Source: Octopus bimaculoides (lineage: Eukaryota). From it: 34,586 nucleotides of DNA. The DNA lies in the NCBI RefSeq assembly GCF_001194135.2, contig NC_068988.1, positions 24,367,420 through 24,402,005 of the forward strand, given 5' to 3'. The position numbers were made by a program, and so were the translations under genes. Shown one piece after another: positions 9,331-21,022 of this stretch (positions are counted from its first letter, which is position 1; every line of letters starts with the position of its first letter). The notes under the pieces are model-generated. The model was not told the DNA's origin. It ran no database searches and saw only the letters and a list, made by a program, of their open reading frames with translations.

Positions 9331-9872
9331 TGTTGGTGGTATGATCAATGAGTATCCGCACAGTTGCTATAGTAACGTAGTAACGAAGCTAGAGCACGCA
9401 GAGTGAAGCAGGTTGGCAGAAACTGACCTTCAACACTGTTGTGCATGCGCATTAAGTTTTAACGTTCTAGCTCATTTCCGCTGTTTACAGAAGTACCTGG
9501 AAGGAAGATGTGTAGCTTGTGATCATCGCATTGACCGCGATAGAGAAAGTTGAGCAAAGAATCTGCATCAAATTTTGTCAGAAACTTGGCGATAACCTGC
9601 TCAGAGCGCTACGCAAAGTTTTCAAAAGGTTTTCATCGTTCTCGCCACAATCAAAAGATCTTGTGCTACTGAAACCCGAGTGCCCTGTTGGTCCGCTGAA
9701 AGCAGTTTTGGCACAAACTTGGCAGAACGTGTATCATACGCAAATCGTCGGTGGTAATGGACTGAACTGAACCGTAACTAATCTTCACATCTTCTGATAA
9801 CTCATGAATGGTGATTCAATGATTTCCCTCACAGCTGCATACACACCTGTAATGTTTTCCTCAGATCTGCTG
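9331..9872. mobile_element. Mariner (Tc1/mariner) relic with internal inversion
   Basis: Plus strand: TIR-like start ~9331-9365 and N-terminus EQRICIKFCQKLGD (9552-9593). Minus strand 9872-9614, allowing small frameshifts: SRSEENITGVYAAVRE/ITIHELSEDVKISYGSVQSITTDDLRMIHV/AKFVPKLLSADQQGTRVSVAQDLL/CGENDENLLKTL. AKFVPKLL (9723-9700) corresponds to the mariner WVPHEL linker. Confidence 0.85.
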
Positions 9873-10089
9873 AGTATATATATTGGAGCGAACACGTTAC
9901 AATGAAGTAGAGAAATTTGAAAAGACAACACGAAACCGGTTATTTCTCAAAATACAATGTTTATATACCAAAAAGATTTTATAACATTTTTCTAACATTT
10001 TTCTGACATAATTTAAATATATACTTTAACCATGTAACACAAGCCTTCTGTAGTTTTTTCACTCTTATTATCTTTGATATATATATATA

Positions 10090-10295
10090 TATATATATAT
10101 AATGTAACTTCGTGGGCATCGGTACCATTTTCCTCTTTCTCCGTTCTTCCATTCTCCGAACTTTCCATCTTTCCGACGAAGGGCTACGCCCGAAACGTCG
10201 TACACTCTCTCTTTCCTTTCCTGAGCGTCCAATAATACTATCCATACCACGTCCTCACTTTGTTTTTTTGTCTTTTTGTTATTGTTTTTTTGAAC

Positions 10296-10300
<5 letters not shown>
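10090..10300 (+). mobile_element. Short Penelope-like remnant with hammerhead-like motif, between (TA)n runs
   Basis: CCGACGA-A-GGGC-tac-GCCC-GAA-ACGT-C (10173-10199), with a U4-to-C change in the core. The downstream GAGCGTCCAATAATAC...GTCCTCACTTTGTTTT is homologous to the 985-1175 locus. Confidence 0.55.
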
Positions 10301-10327
<27 letters not shown>

Positions 10328-12637
10328 CGCATATTAGTATATCGTATTACAAACTCTCACAAACTAGCATATATCTATAGGTAACTTATAAGTAGCCACT
10401 CAGTGTAGGTTATTATATTAGAACGGCAAGTTGTACGTTTGCAAATGTGCGTAAAGCTTAGTGAATCTGCAATTTAATAATCAGAGGGGCACAAGGCATT
10501 GCTCGATGAAATATAGGCGTGACATTGAGTGATAGGTTTGTATTTCTAGTTGAGAACTCGCCACAACGCAATATGCATGCCATCTACGGTCCGAAATAGT
10601 CATTGATAGCCTTATACTGTTTACTTGATATATATTGCCTATAAGGATAATTTTCTGCGAGAGGCAATTTCCACTACATCTGTCTTATCATTTGTACGTG
10701 TGCACAAACGTGTTAAATATGATTGTACTGACATATACTTAATTCGAGTCGCTCAGAATGCTTTTAATCACTTGCCAAGACTATACCTTTCAACATCGAC
10801 AACCACCCATTTGATATATATGCATATATNNNNNNNNNNNNNNNNNNNNNNNNNNNNNNNNNNNNNNNNNNNNNNNNNNNNNNNNNNNNNNNNNNNNNNN
10901 NNNNNNNNNNNNNNNNNNNNNNNNNNNNNNNNNNNNNNNNNNNNNNNNNNNNNNNNNNNNNNNNNNNNNNNNNNNNNNNNNNNNNNNNNNNNNNNNNNNN
11001 NNNNNNNNNNNNNNNNNNNNNNNNNNNNNNNNNNNNNNNNNNNNNNNNNNNNNNNNNNNNNNNNNNNNNNNNNNNNNNNNNNNNNNNNNNNNNNNNNNNN
11101 NNNNNNNNNNNNNNNNNNNNNNNNNNNNNNNNNNNNNNNNNNNNNNNNNNNNNNNNNNNNNNNNNNNNNNNNNNNNNNNNNNNNNNNNNNNNNNNNNNNN
11201 NNNNNNNNNNNNNNNNNNNNNNNNNNNNNNNNNNNNNNNNNNNNNNNNNNNNNNNNNNNNNNNNNNNNNNNNNNNNNNNNNNNNNNNNNNNNNNNNNNNN
11301 NNNNNNNNNNNNNNNNNNNNNNNNNNNNNNNNNNNNNNNNNNNNNNNNNNNNNNNNNNNNNNNNNNNNNNNNNNNNNNNNNNNNNNNNNNNNNNNNNNNN
11401 NNNNNNNNNNNNNNNNNNNNNNNNNNNNNNNNNNNNNNNNNNNNNNNNNNNNNNNNNNNNNNNNNNNNNNNNNNNNNNNNNNNNNNNNNNNNNNNNNNNN
11501 NNNNNNNNNNNNNNNNNNNNNNNNNNNNNNNNNNNNNNNNNNNNNNNNNNNNNNNNNNNNNNNNNNNNNNNNNNNNNNNNNNNNNNNNNNNNNNNNNNNN
11601 NNNNNNNNNNNNNNNNNNNNNNNNNNNNNNNNNNNNNNNNNNNNNNNNNNNNNNNNNNNNNNNNNNNNNNNNNNNNNNNNATATACACATATATATATAT
11701 ATATATTATATACTTACGCATACTCGCATACACATTCACACATATCATAATAGTGGAATTTTTTCATTGCTATCAATTTGGTATGACTGTTTGTAGAAAG
11801 ATTATCCGGTTGATAAAATCAGGCAAACAAATTTTGTGGCATTACTAATTCGATAAAAAAGAAAATACCTATATAATTATTCGTGATGGTAAGCGACTTC
11901 CAACGTAATAAAATGAGTATATATATATATATATATATGTGTTTGTATGTATGTATGCATGTATGTATGTGTGTGCATCTGCGTTATGTGTATGCTTGTG
12001 TCTGTACAATCGTTGCACATATATTACTTAAAATATGTGAGCTTACGCTATACATATCAAAAATAGGCGTTCCTTTGCAATGATCTCAGTTTTGTAAGAG
12101 TTCACTTAGATGACGTCATAGAATGTTTGCGTTCCGTGGTGACGTTATCAGCTGCGAGTCTCATTTATCGGCAGTTGTAGATTTAAATCAGATATAATAC
12201 TTTGACTAACACACAGAATTTTTCGGAATATAAAGTAGCTATACACATTTAAGGACACATACATATACGCAGTATGAATATATATATATACATAGATGCA
12301 AACACATGCACATATTTCTTTTCGTATGTATGAATACATAACATATATATATNNNNNNNNNNNNNNNNNNNNNNNNNNNNNNNNNNNNNNNNNNNNNNNN
12401 NNNNNNNNNNNNNNNNNNNNNNNNNNNNNNNNNNNNNNNNNNNNNNNNNNNNNNNNNNNNNNNNNNNNNNNNNNNNNNNNNNNNNNNNNNNNNNNNNNNN
12501 NNNNNNNNNNNNNNNNNNNNNNNNNNNNNNNNNNNNNNNNNNNNNNNNNNNNNNNNNNNNNNNNNNNNNNNNNNNNNNNNNNNNNNNNNNNNNNNNNNNN
12601 NNNNNNNNNNNNNNNNNNNNNNNNNNNNNNNNNNNNN

Positions 12638-12710
<73 letters not shown>

Positions 12711-13222
12711 AAATACCTAGCTAGCTAGCTGGATAGATAGATAGATAGATAGATACATACATACATACATACATACATACATACGTATAAGTTCTAACAT
12801 ACTTACGTATACACTGAAGAATGTACGTCACTGTGTTTATAATTTATAGCAACGCATGTACTGTGTCTGGTGTAATTAGCGATTTCTAAAACGTGTAGGT
12901 AGATGTGCGTGCCTTAATTTTGTTCCACATCACGATGCCTAATTGAAAGCATTTAGACAAACACTGTTTCCAGGAACACGTTTAGAGCAGCGGGTACGAT
13001 AGACACAGAGCGTTAAGGTGACAGGCAGGTAGGCAAGCAGTTCTTGATTCAGACAGTTGGAGATAATTTAAATAGAAAGAGATGGACATTATTAAAGAGA
13101 TAAGCATAAAATATTGGTCTCGTTGTAATAGAATCACTTCTATTACAAGACTGAATATTTCTATTTTTTGAGGACCACATTCGTTTTCAAATGTATTCTG
13201 AACGATGAAAATGAAATTAACG

Positions 13223-13440
13223 TTTTGGTTTCAAATTTCCTCTCAAGGCCCGCCAGTTGGAGCGTGATGGATAGTTGTTTATGATAACCCCAGTGTTTAA
13301 CTTCTATTTATTTTATCGACCCCGATAATATGAAAGGCGAAACCGATCACGGCGATATTTGAACTCAGAACGTAAATACAGATAAAATGCCGCTAAGCAT
13401 TTCGCCTGGACTGCTAACGATTCGGCCAACTCGCCGCTTT
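13223..13440 (-). mobile_element. SINE family B, near full-length
   Basis: Reverse complement begins GCGGCGAGTTGGCCGAATCGTTAGCAGTCCAGGCGAAATGCTTAGCGGCATTT...GTTCTGAGTTCAAAT...GGGGTCGATAAA. Confidence 0.85.
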
Positions 13441-13510
13441 AAAGGAAATTAAAATATTGCAGTTAAAAAGATCAGAAGCTGTTCTTGGATTTTATTTCTT
13501 TCATATCTAG

Positions 13511-13667
13511 GATTCGTGATGTGGTTAAGAAGCTTGCTTCCCAATCATATTGTCTTGGTTCAATCCCGGTGCGCAGCAACTTTGGTAAGTGTCTACTAAT
13601 ATATCCCTGGACCGACCAAATCCATATGAGTGGATTTGGAACCGGGAAGCTGAAGAAATCTGTCGCG

Positions 13668-13670
<3 letters not shown>
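13511..13670 (+). mobile_element. SINE family A, 5' half ending in (TA)n
   Basis: GATGTGGTTAAGAAGCTTGCTTCCCAATCAT...GGTTCAATCCC...GACCGACCAAA...GAGTGGATTTGG. Confidence 0.85.
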
Positions 13671-13708
<38 letters not shown>

Positions 13709-13829
13709 TCGCCATGATAGAAAGAGACACATTAGAAAATGTTGTCGCCTATATCTTTGTAACGACGGCGTGGCTACGGTAGAAAAACATTGTCTTGATC
13801 AGTGTTGACATAACAACAGGTAAATTTTC

Positions 13830-13996
13830 TGAATAGAGCCTGTAGTCTTAAAAATGGTGGACACACAGCAAAATGTTGACCTCGATGAAAACTATGCCTG
13901 AAGGAGAAAAAAAAAACACGATCCTGACAGAATATTTTTACTCATAGGCCTACTCGAACTGAACTAACCTGGGGCTACAGAATAACAACAACAAAA
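13830..13996 (+). mobile_element. 3' tail of a non-LTR (RTE-like) repeat ending in (AAC)n
   Basis: ...CATAGGCCTACTCGAACTGAACTAACCTGGGGCTACAGAATAACAACAAC resembles a common cephalopod retroposon tail (recollection). A decayed inverted relative lies at ~14760-14830. Confidence 0.45.
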
Positions 13997-14372
13997 AAGA
14001 CACGACAATGCTGTTCCATCGATAAGGATATAGAGAAATTATTTGGTGAAAGAATCATGTTTTGAACGCTGTGATTGCTTAATTGATACAAAGACTTTAT
14101 ATTTGATGATTATATTTCGTAGTTATATCGACCGAAGACTGACATTAACACATGTTGTCTCGTACATGGAAATTTGACCTGCTTTTAGCTTGTCTGCTGA
14201 CAGATGTCATGCATGTTACAGATTAGTTGTAAATATGCCAATCATGGATTACAGTGCAACATCCAAGTGTAAAGTTCATATTATTTGCTACTCATTTCCT
14301 TCAGCGTCGGCTAGAAGCCCTTAGGTACTTGCAGATTATTTCACAATTTTTATAATAACAATAATGATAAAG

Positions 14373-14375
14373 GTA

Positions 14376-14419
<44 letters not shown>

Positions 14420-14461
14420 CATTATTATTATTATCATTATTATTATCATTATTATTATTAT
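14373..14461. repeat. (ATT)n/(ATC) microsatellite
   Basis: Direct reading. Confidence 0.95.
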
Positions 14462-14872
14462 GTTGACTTAGGTTTGTAAAACTTGATGAAACTACCAAAA
14501 CAGGAACTTCCATTTTACCAGGGCCAAATACATTCACACACATACACAAACACGAGTGCGCATGTATATAAACAGTAGACGCAAAATAAATATTGATGTA
14601 CTAGAAAATAAAATGGAAATGATGCTGTTAATTTATATAATATTTAGAAAAGAGAAGTTTAACGCTTGTCAGCATACATTTCTTTTGCTATGAATTTGAT
14701 TTCAGTTTCAAAACCCGTTTCCAGCCTGTCGTCTCGTTGTCCTTTACTTTTAGATCAACTTCGACATAATAGGTCGATGATCAAAGACATCCAAACCGTG
14801 ACCATGAATAGTTATTTTTCTTTTCTTCTATTTCTTGTTCATTCATGTATTTTTTCCTTAGACAAGCTTTAT

Positions 14873-15025
14873 GCAGGCGTGGCTGTGTGATAAGAAGCTT
14901 GCTTCCCAACCGTATTGTTCCAGGTTCAGTTCAGTCCCACCGCGTGGTACCTTGTGCAGGTTTCTTCTTTTATAGCCTCGGGCCGACGAAAGCTTTTTCA
15001 GTGGATTTGGTAGACGGAAACAGTC

Positions 15026-15116
<91 letters not shown>

Positions 15117-15333
15117 CTTATGTGTCTGTGCTTGTCTCCCAATCATCGCTTGACAACCGATATTGGTGTGCTTACGTCCCCGTAAATTAGCGGTTCGGCA
15201 AAATAACACTGATTAAATAAGGCTTACAAAAAATAAGTCCTAAGGTCGATTCCTTCGACTAAAGGTGGTGCTCTAACATGGCCGCAGTCAAATGATTGAA
15301 ACAAGTAAAAAAAAAAAAGAAAAGAAAAAGAGT
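14873..15333 (+). mobile_element. SINE family A, full length with internal (TA)n(TG)n
   Basis: GCAGGCGTGGCTGTGTGATAAGAAGCTTGCTTCCCAACC... through ...CATGGCCGCAGTCAAATGATTGAAACAAGTAAAA...GAGT. Confidence 0.9.
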
Positions 15334-16057
15334 GTAGGGTAAAATTCGAAGAAATTTTTGCCTGCTATTTCGTTATTTTATGGCTAGTCGAGCTTTTGCA
15401 CTGACGTTCCAACATTATTTTATTGGAGGCTTTCAATGACGTCTGTCTTGATGAGTTAGGACTTGAAAATATTTTCTTAGTTCTAGCTTGTCACAAACAG
15501 GACGCGATATGATAGTGGCATCTCGCCCTGGAGTTTGTAGGGTAAAAGAAAAAAGGTGAGGTTAAAGGAGTTCGCTTTGCAGAAATATTGTTTTGAGTTC
15601 AGTCTAATGGTAATTACGAAGGTGTGGTAGTTCCGAAAACATGTGCTGAGCATTTTGTCCGGCGTGTAAATGTTATCGAAAATAGTGAAGGTGGTAAACT
15701 GTTGAGAGCGCCGATGGTATTATATGAAATGTGATGAAAGTAGGTTTCTTAACGGTGTGTGTGGTGGCAGAAGTTGTTCATAGTTTCTGTTTTACCTATT
15801 TGTCCTAGGCTGTAGTAGTCCACCCGAGGTCGAAGAAGAGACATCCGTAACGCTCCGCATGGTGGAAACAAACACAGATACACACAATTGTGAAGCAAAT
15901 GTAATAATCACGTAGCCATGCATACGACTGACCATATATCACATTACATATATTATACTATGATAATTATAGACTGGCAGCCGTCGTTGAGGCCCTCAGG
16001 ATGCCTTGCCATGTAAATATCTACAGGAGGATAATGTTCAATATTATGATAACAATT

Positions 16058-16140
16058 ATGGCGGCGAGTTGGCAGATTAGTTAGTAAACCGGCTTACGGC
16101 GTTTTGCCCGTCTTTCACATTTTCCACCGAGGTTGACTTC
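16058..16140 (+). mobile_element. SINE family B, decayed 5' fragment
   Basis: GGCGGCGAGTTGGCAGA...TTCCACCGAGGTTGACTT. Confidence 0.65.
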
Positions 16141-16354
16141 CCATCTCTATGCCAATGAAATTGCCTAATGAAAAGGCAAATGTTGATACAACCTGACGCT
16201 TATACACACATGTAGACGCCCACACACGCATATGTATATATATATAAACAGACGTCGTCGGCAGAAAACTAAAAGCTATGACAAACACCAAGAGCTATTA
16301 TGTCCGAGGATCTTGAAAATTCCTCCAGTCCACCGGCCTAGGATGATGTTATTT

Positions 16355-16460
16355 TATTTTCCCGACGTCGAAAAAGATGAAGGTTAATGTTGCCCCTCGG
16401 CGAGATTTGAACTCGGGAGAGAGGGAACATAGCTGGAACAAATACCGAGAGACAGTCTTT
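16355..16460 (-). mobile_element. Decayed SINE family B-like fragment
   Basis: Reverse complement contains GAGTTCAAATCTCGCCGAGGGGCAAC...CCTTCATCTTTTTCGACGTCGGG. Confidence 0.5.
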
Positions 16461-16988
16461 ATCATACTCCAAAAAATATTCTGCCAGACCTCTATAACAA
16501 CATTCATAAAGCTATTATTTGTTTCTTTATAATATTTCCATGGCCCACAATTACAAAAGAGTTTCTTAAGAATATGAGCTTTCTAGACATCAAATATGTA
16601 CATACTTTCATGTAGCCATTTTTTTTCTTTTTCTAAAAACTGCTGTCTCTCTGATTATTGTTATAAAGCCTGTTTTTTTGTTGGGTTTTTTTTTGTGTCT
16701 TTTATGACAGTTAATAAGATTATATCTACAACTGTGAATATATCGCATATATCTATTCATGTCTTCAAAGAAAACTTATAAAACTAGTTCTTCAAGTATG
16801 CACTTATGTATGTATGTAGTTGTATTTTGATATGTATTTAAGAGATTTTTGTAAGTTTTTTCAGCGTGTGCATGTGTGTGTGCATGTGTGTGTGTGTATG
16901 TGCATGTGTGCGTGCGTGTGTGTATAGATAGTTAGCTAGATAGAGTGATAGACAAGCAGATAGATACGAATATACTTACATATATGTA

Positions 16989-17032
<44 letters not shown>

Positions 17033-17346
17033 GCGAGAAAGAGAGAAAAAGAATGACAGGAAGATGTAGACATATCTTTACTTTACTAGTTACATCTCAA
17101 TTTTTGTGTCTGTGCATGTTTATGTGGGTGTCAGTGTGTATGAATGTGAGTGTGCCTCTGTGTTTGTGTGTGTGTTTATCTTTATAAATGTGTGTGTGTG
17201 TTTGTGTTTTCGAGTGCATATGTATATATTTGTAAATCAAATATTGTTAGTTACCAACTTGCTAGGCATAAAGTACCCGCTAAATATTGTCGACTCAATT
17301 CGTAATATGGCGGCTACGTATTACAGATCGCTTTTAACGTCTCCTA

Positions 17347-17510
17347 GTAAATTCCGCCGAGGTCGACTTTGCCTTTCATCCTTCGGGGTCGATGAATTAA
17401 GTACCAGTTACGTACTGGGGTCGATGTAATCGACTTAATCCCTTTGTCTGTCCTTGTTTGTCCCCTCTATGTTTAGCTCTTTGTGGGCAATAAATAAATA
17501 AATAAAAATA
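17347..17510 (+). mobile_element. SINE family B, 5'-truncated, tail subtype shared with the 5322-5548 copy
   Basis: AAATTCCGCCGAGGTCGACTTTGCCTTTCATCCTTCGGGGTCGATGAATTAAGTACCAG...CCCTTTGTCTGTCCTTGTTTGTCCCCTCTATGTTTAGC...GTGGGCAATAAATAAA. Confidence 0.9.
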
Positions 17511-17595
17511 TTGTCGACGGAATAATCTTACATCAACTCCATAAGCAATCGGCAGTTACTAATTTCATCTGAGCCACCTCGAGTAACGTGAAATG

Positions 17596-17995
17596 TTACT
17601 CTCTTTTACTCTTTTACTTGTTTAAATCATTTGACTGTGGCCATGCTGGAGCATCGCCTTTAGTCGAGCAAATCGACCCCGGGATTATTTTTGTAAGCCT
17701 AGTACTTATTCTATCGGTTTCTTTTTGCCGAACCGCTAGGTGACGGGGACGTAAACACACCTGCATCGGTTGTCAAGCAATGCTAGGGAGACAAACACAG
17801 ATACACAAACATACACACACACATCACATACATATATATATACATATATACGACGGGCTTCTTTCAGTTTCCGTCTACCAAATCCACTCACAAGGCTTTG
17901 GTCGGCCCGAGGCTATAGTAGAAGACACCTGCCCAAGGTACTACACAGTTGGACTGGACCCGGAATCATATGGTTGGTAAGCAAGCTACTTAAAG
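17596..17995 (-). mobile_element. SINE family A, near full length
   Basis: Reverse complement matches 14873-15333 and includes the uninterrupted site GTGTCTTCTACTATAGCCTCGGGCCGACC. Confidence 0.92.
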
Positions 17996-20787
17996 AACAG
18001 CGCACGGCATGTTTCCAGAATCGAACCCACGGCTTTATGATTGACAGCTCAGCACCCTTAAGACTAGGCCTAGCTTTTTCGCACACATACGCATACTCAA
18101 GCACCCATATCCTAATATATGTGTGCGTGTGTGTTTACACACTTCCATATGTATAGATACGTGCATTGGAATACTTGGTTGTGTGTCTAAGCCAAAATCT
18201 GGAAAAGCAAGTATTTTCAAAAGACCAAAGAAAGGCAGTCAAACTAACTTTGCAGATAAGAGTCTGTAAGGAGATTAGTTATTCTATGACAGACTTTTTT
18301 TAAAGTACTAACCATAATAATTATCGTTGATGTTACACAAATTGCAGTTAATAGGCATTTCTTTTCATTCATGGAAACCCTATCCTTCCTGCTATGGAGA
18401 TACTAATAAAAAAAAGTGTGAAAATTTAAGTTATTTATAAGTGTTGTTGCTACAGCTTTGCCCCTCTGTCACTTAGATTTACATAACACCCTTTCATGTC
18501 AATAAATAATTTATATATATATATATATATATATATATCTTGTTTAAACTATCTTTAATTCAACACGGGCTACTGAGATGTGTACTCATCGAAACATTTA
18601 AATACTGAGTGAGGTAACGTGACTTACATATTTATCGTTTTCTCTACGTTCTTCCTTTGAGGTCCTTTCTCGGCATCTGTTTAATTTTAGTTCACACAAG
18701 CATAAAGTCTTATTACCGAAAACTGTGTCATATGGTTGAGCTCTGTGAGCATTCAAGTAACAAGTGTAGATGAATTGAAATCTTCTTGTTTAGGTCCATG
18801 TGTGTTTATCTATCTATCTATCTATAGATATGTATATATATATGTATATATTTTTATTGTGAATTCTCCCTATATCTATCTATCTGTCTATACTCTGCGA
18901 GTATGTGCGTGCGTGCGTACCTGTGTGCGTATGTGTGTGTGAGTGTATAGTGCATATGTATAATATTACCGGATCGTGGGTATCATTAATGAATCGAATT
19001 CAGCGATTTGGAGGCCATCTGTTGTCGCTGCACTACGTTTGAAAATACTAAAATCTACGTTTCCTATCTTCTTATGGACGAGAGATGAAATACGTACATG
19101 AGCAGAACAATATATTAGGATAACATGTTCAATACTTTCAATGCTGAAATATTCGACAGACATCCGCAGATTTTCCGTCAGCCAATTAAAGTCGAAGCCA
19201 TTTGCCGAAGGTGTCAGCAGTGAGGCGGAACCCAAAGCCGTCTTGTACTTACAAACCTAACATCCATGTCCGCGCATCTGTACATACATAAATACATACA
19301 TACATACATACATACATACTGAGTGAATAAGGGAGAGAAGATCTCAGTGAAGTATATACATCATATTTGTGTGTGGTGGTGTGTGTGTATTCATACATAC
19401 ATACATATACATATGTACATATATTTATACGTATATGCATATACACATATGTAGACGCCCACACACGCAAATATATGTATATACANNNNNNNNNNNNNNN
19501 NNNNNNNNNNNNNNNNNNNNNNNNNNNNNNNNNNNNNNNNNNNNNNNNNNNNNNNNNNNNNNNNNNNNNNNNNNNNNNNNNNNNNNNNNNNNNNNNNNNN
19601 NNNNNNNNNNNNNNNNNNNNNNNNNNNNNNNNNNNNNNNNNNNNNNNNNNNNNNNNNNNNNNNNNNNNNNNNNNNNNNNNNNNNNNNNNATATATATATA
19701 TATATGTATGTATGTACGTATGTATGTATGTATGTGTGTATGTATGTATATGTATACAGGAAGATGCAGATGTTCTTGAATTATTCAATGCTACATTTGT
19801 TTCGTTTAGTTTTGGTCTTAACATGCGATTAACGAACGTCAGACTGACTTGCATGTGTTTAATTTTAATTGTCTTTCGTTCTTCTCTGTTTTAAATACAA
19901 TTTTGTTATTGTCACTAATTGGATGACTTTTACATTAACAATTAATCTGTCATTAATTATCCAAGCTGTATTTACCAGTAACTTTAGACATGTTAACTTA
20001 ACAAAATATTGATAGAATCTTTTCTTGATGAAAACATTCATTTCTTGCTGGTTTCTAATGTTGAACATTAGAAGGTAATCAGAATAGATCTAATAGCGAC
20101 CAAATTCACTTGAGTAAAATCCACATGGAGTTGTTTCCATATCGACGTGTTTCCAGTCAAAATTTCAATTTACGTCACGAAATAATTTGTATCATATTAC
20201 ATGAATGTATAGGTGCTATAGAATGCGGTCAGAATCGTTTTACTACATGTTGTACAGCCCATCACAAACACAGGATTTTGTGTGAAGAAATACGTCTTTA
20301 CACAGAAACATCATGTATATATATATATATATATATATATNNNNNNNNNNNNNNNNNNNNNNNNNNNNNNNNNNNNNNNNNNNNNNNNNNNNNNNNNNNN
20401 NNNNNNNNNNNNNNNNNNNNNNNNNNNNNNNNNNNNNNNNNNNNNNNNNNNNNNNNNNNNNNNNNNNNNNNNNNNNNNNNNNNNNNNNNNNNNNNNNNNN
20501 NNNNNNNNNNNNNNNNNNNNNNNNNNNNNNNNNNNNNNNNNNNNNNNNNNNNNNNNNNNNNNNNNNNNNNNNNNNNNNNNNNNNNNNNNNNNNNNNNNNN
20601 NNNNNNNNNNNNNNNNNNNNNNNNNNNNNNNNNNNNNNNNNNNNNNNNNNNNNNNNNNNNNNNNNNNNNNNNNNNNNNNNNNNNNNNNNNNNNNNNNNNN
20701 NNNNNNNNNNNNNNNNNNNNNNNNNNNNNNNNNNNNNNNNNNNNNNNNNNNNNNNNNNNNNNNNNNNNNNNNNNNNNNNNNNNNNNN

Positions 20788-20823
<36 letters not shown>

Positions 20824-21022
20824 CGAAAACCCCACCATCGCTTGAGAACCGATGTTGGTGTATTTATCTCCATGAAACCTAGCGGTCCGGTATAACGGAT
20901 TGATACAATAAGTACTAGGCTTACAAAAAAGAATAAGTCCTGGGGGCGATTTCTTCAACTAAATGTCGTGCTACAGCATGACCGCAGTCAACTGACTGAA
21001 AAGAGTAAACGAATAAAAGAAT
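20788..21022 (+). mobile_element. SINE family A, 3' half (5' half probably lost in the gap)
   Basis: (GT)n then CCACCATCGCTTGAGAACCGATGTTGGTG...AATAAGTACTAGGCTTACAAA...GCATGACCGCAGTCAA. Confidence 0.85.

Noticed and set aside
16210-19469. Shared 21-mer ATGTAGACGCCCACACACGCA at 16210-16230 and 19449-19469
   Set aside because: Both copies are embedded in AC/AT low-complexity sequence and homology does not extend; probably chance or a microsatellite-associated remnant.
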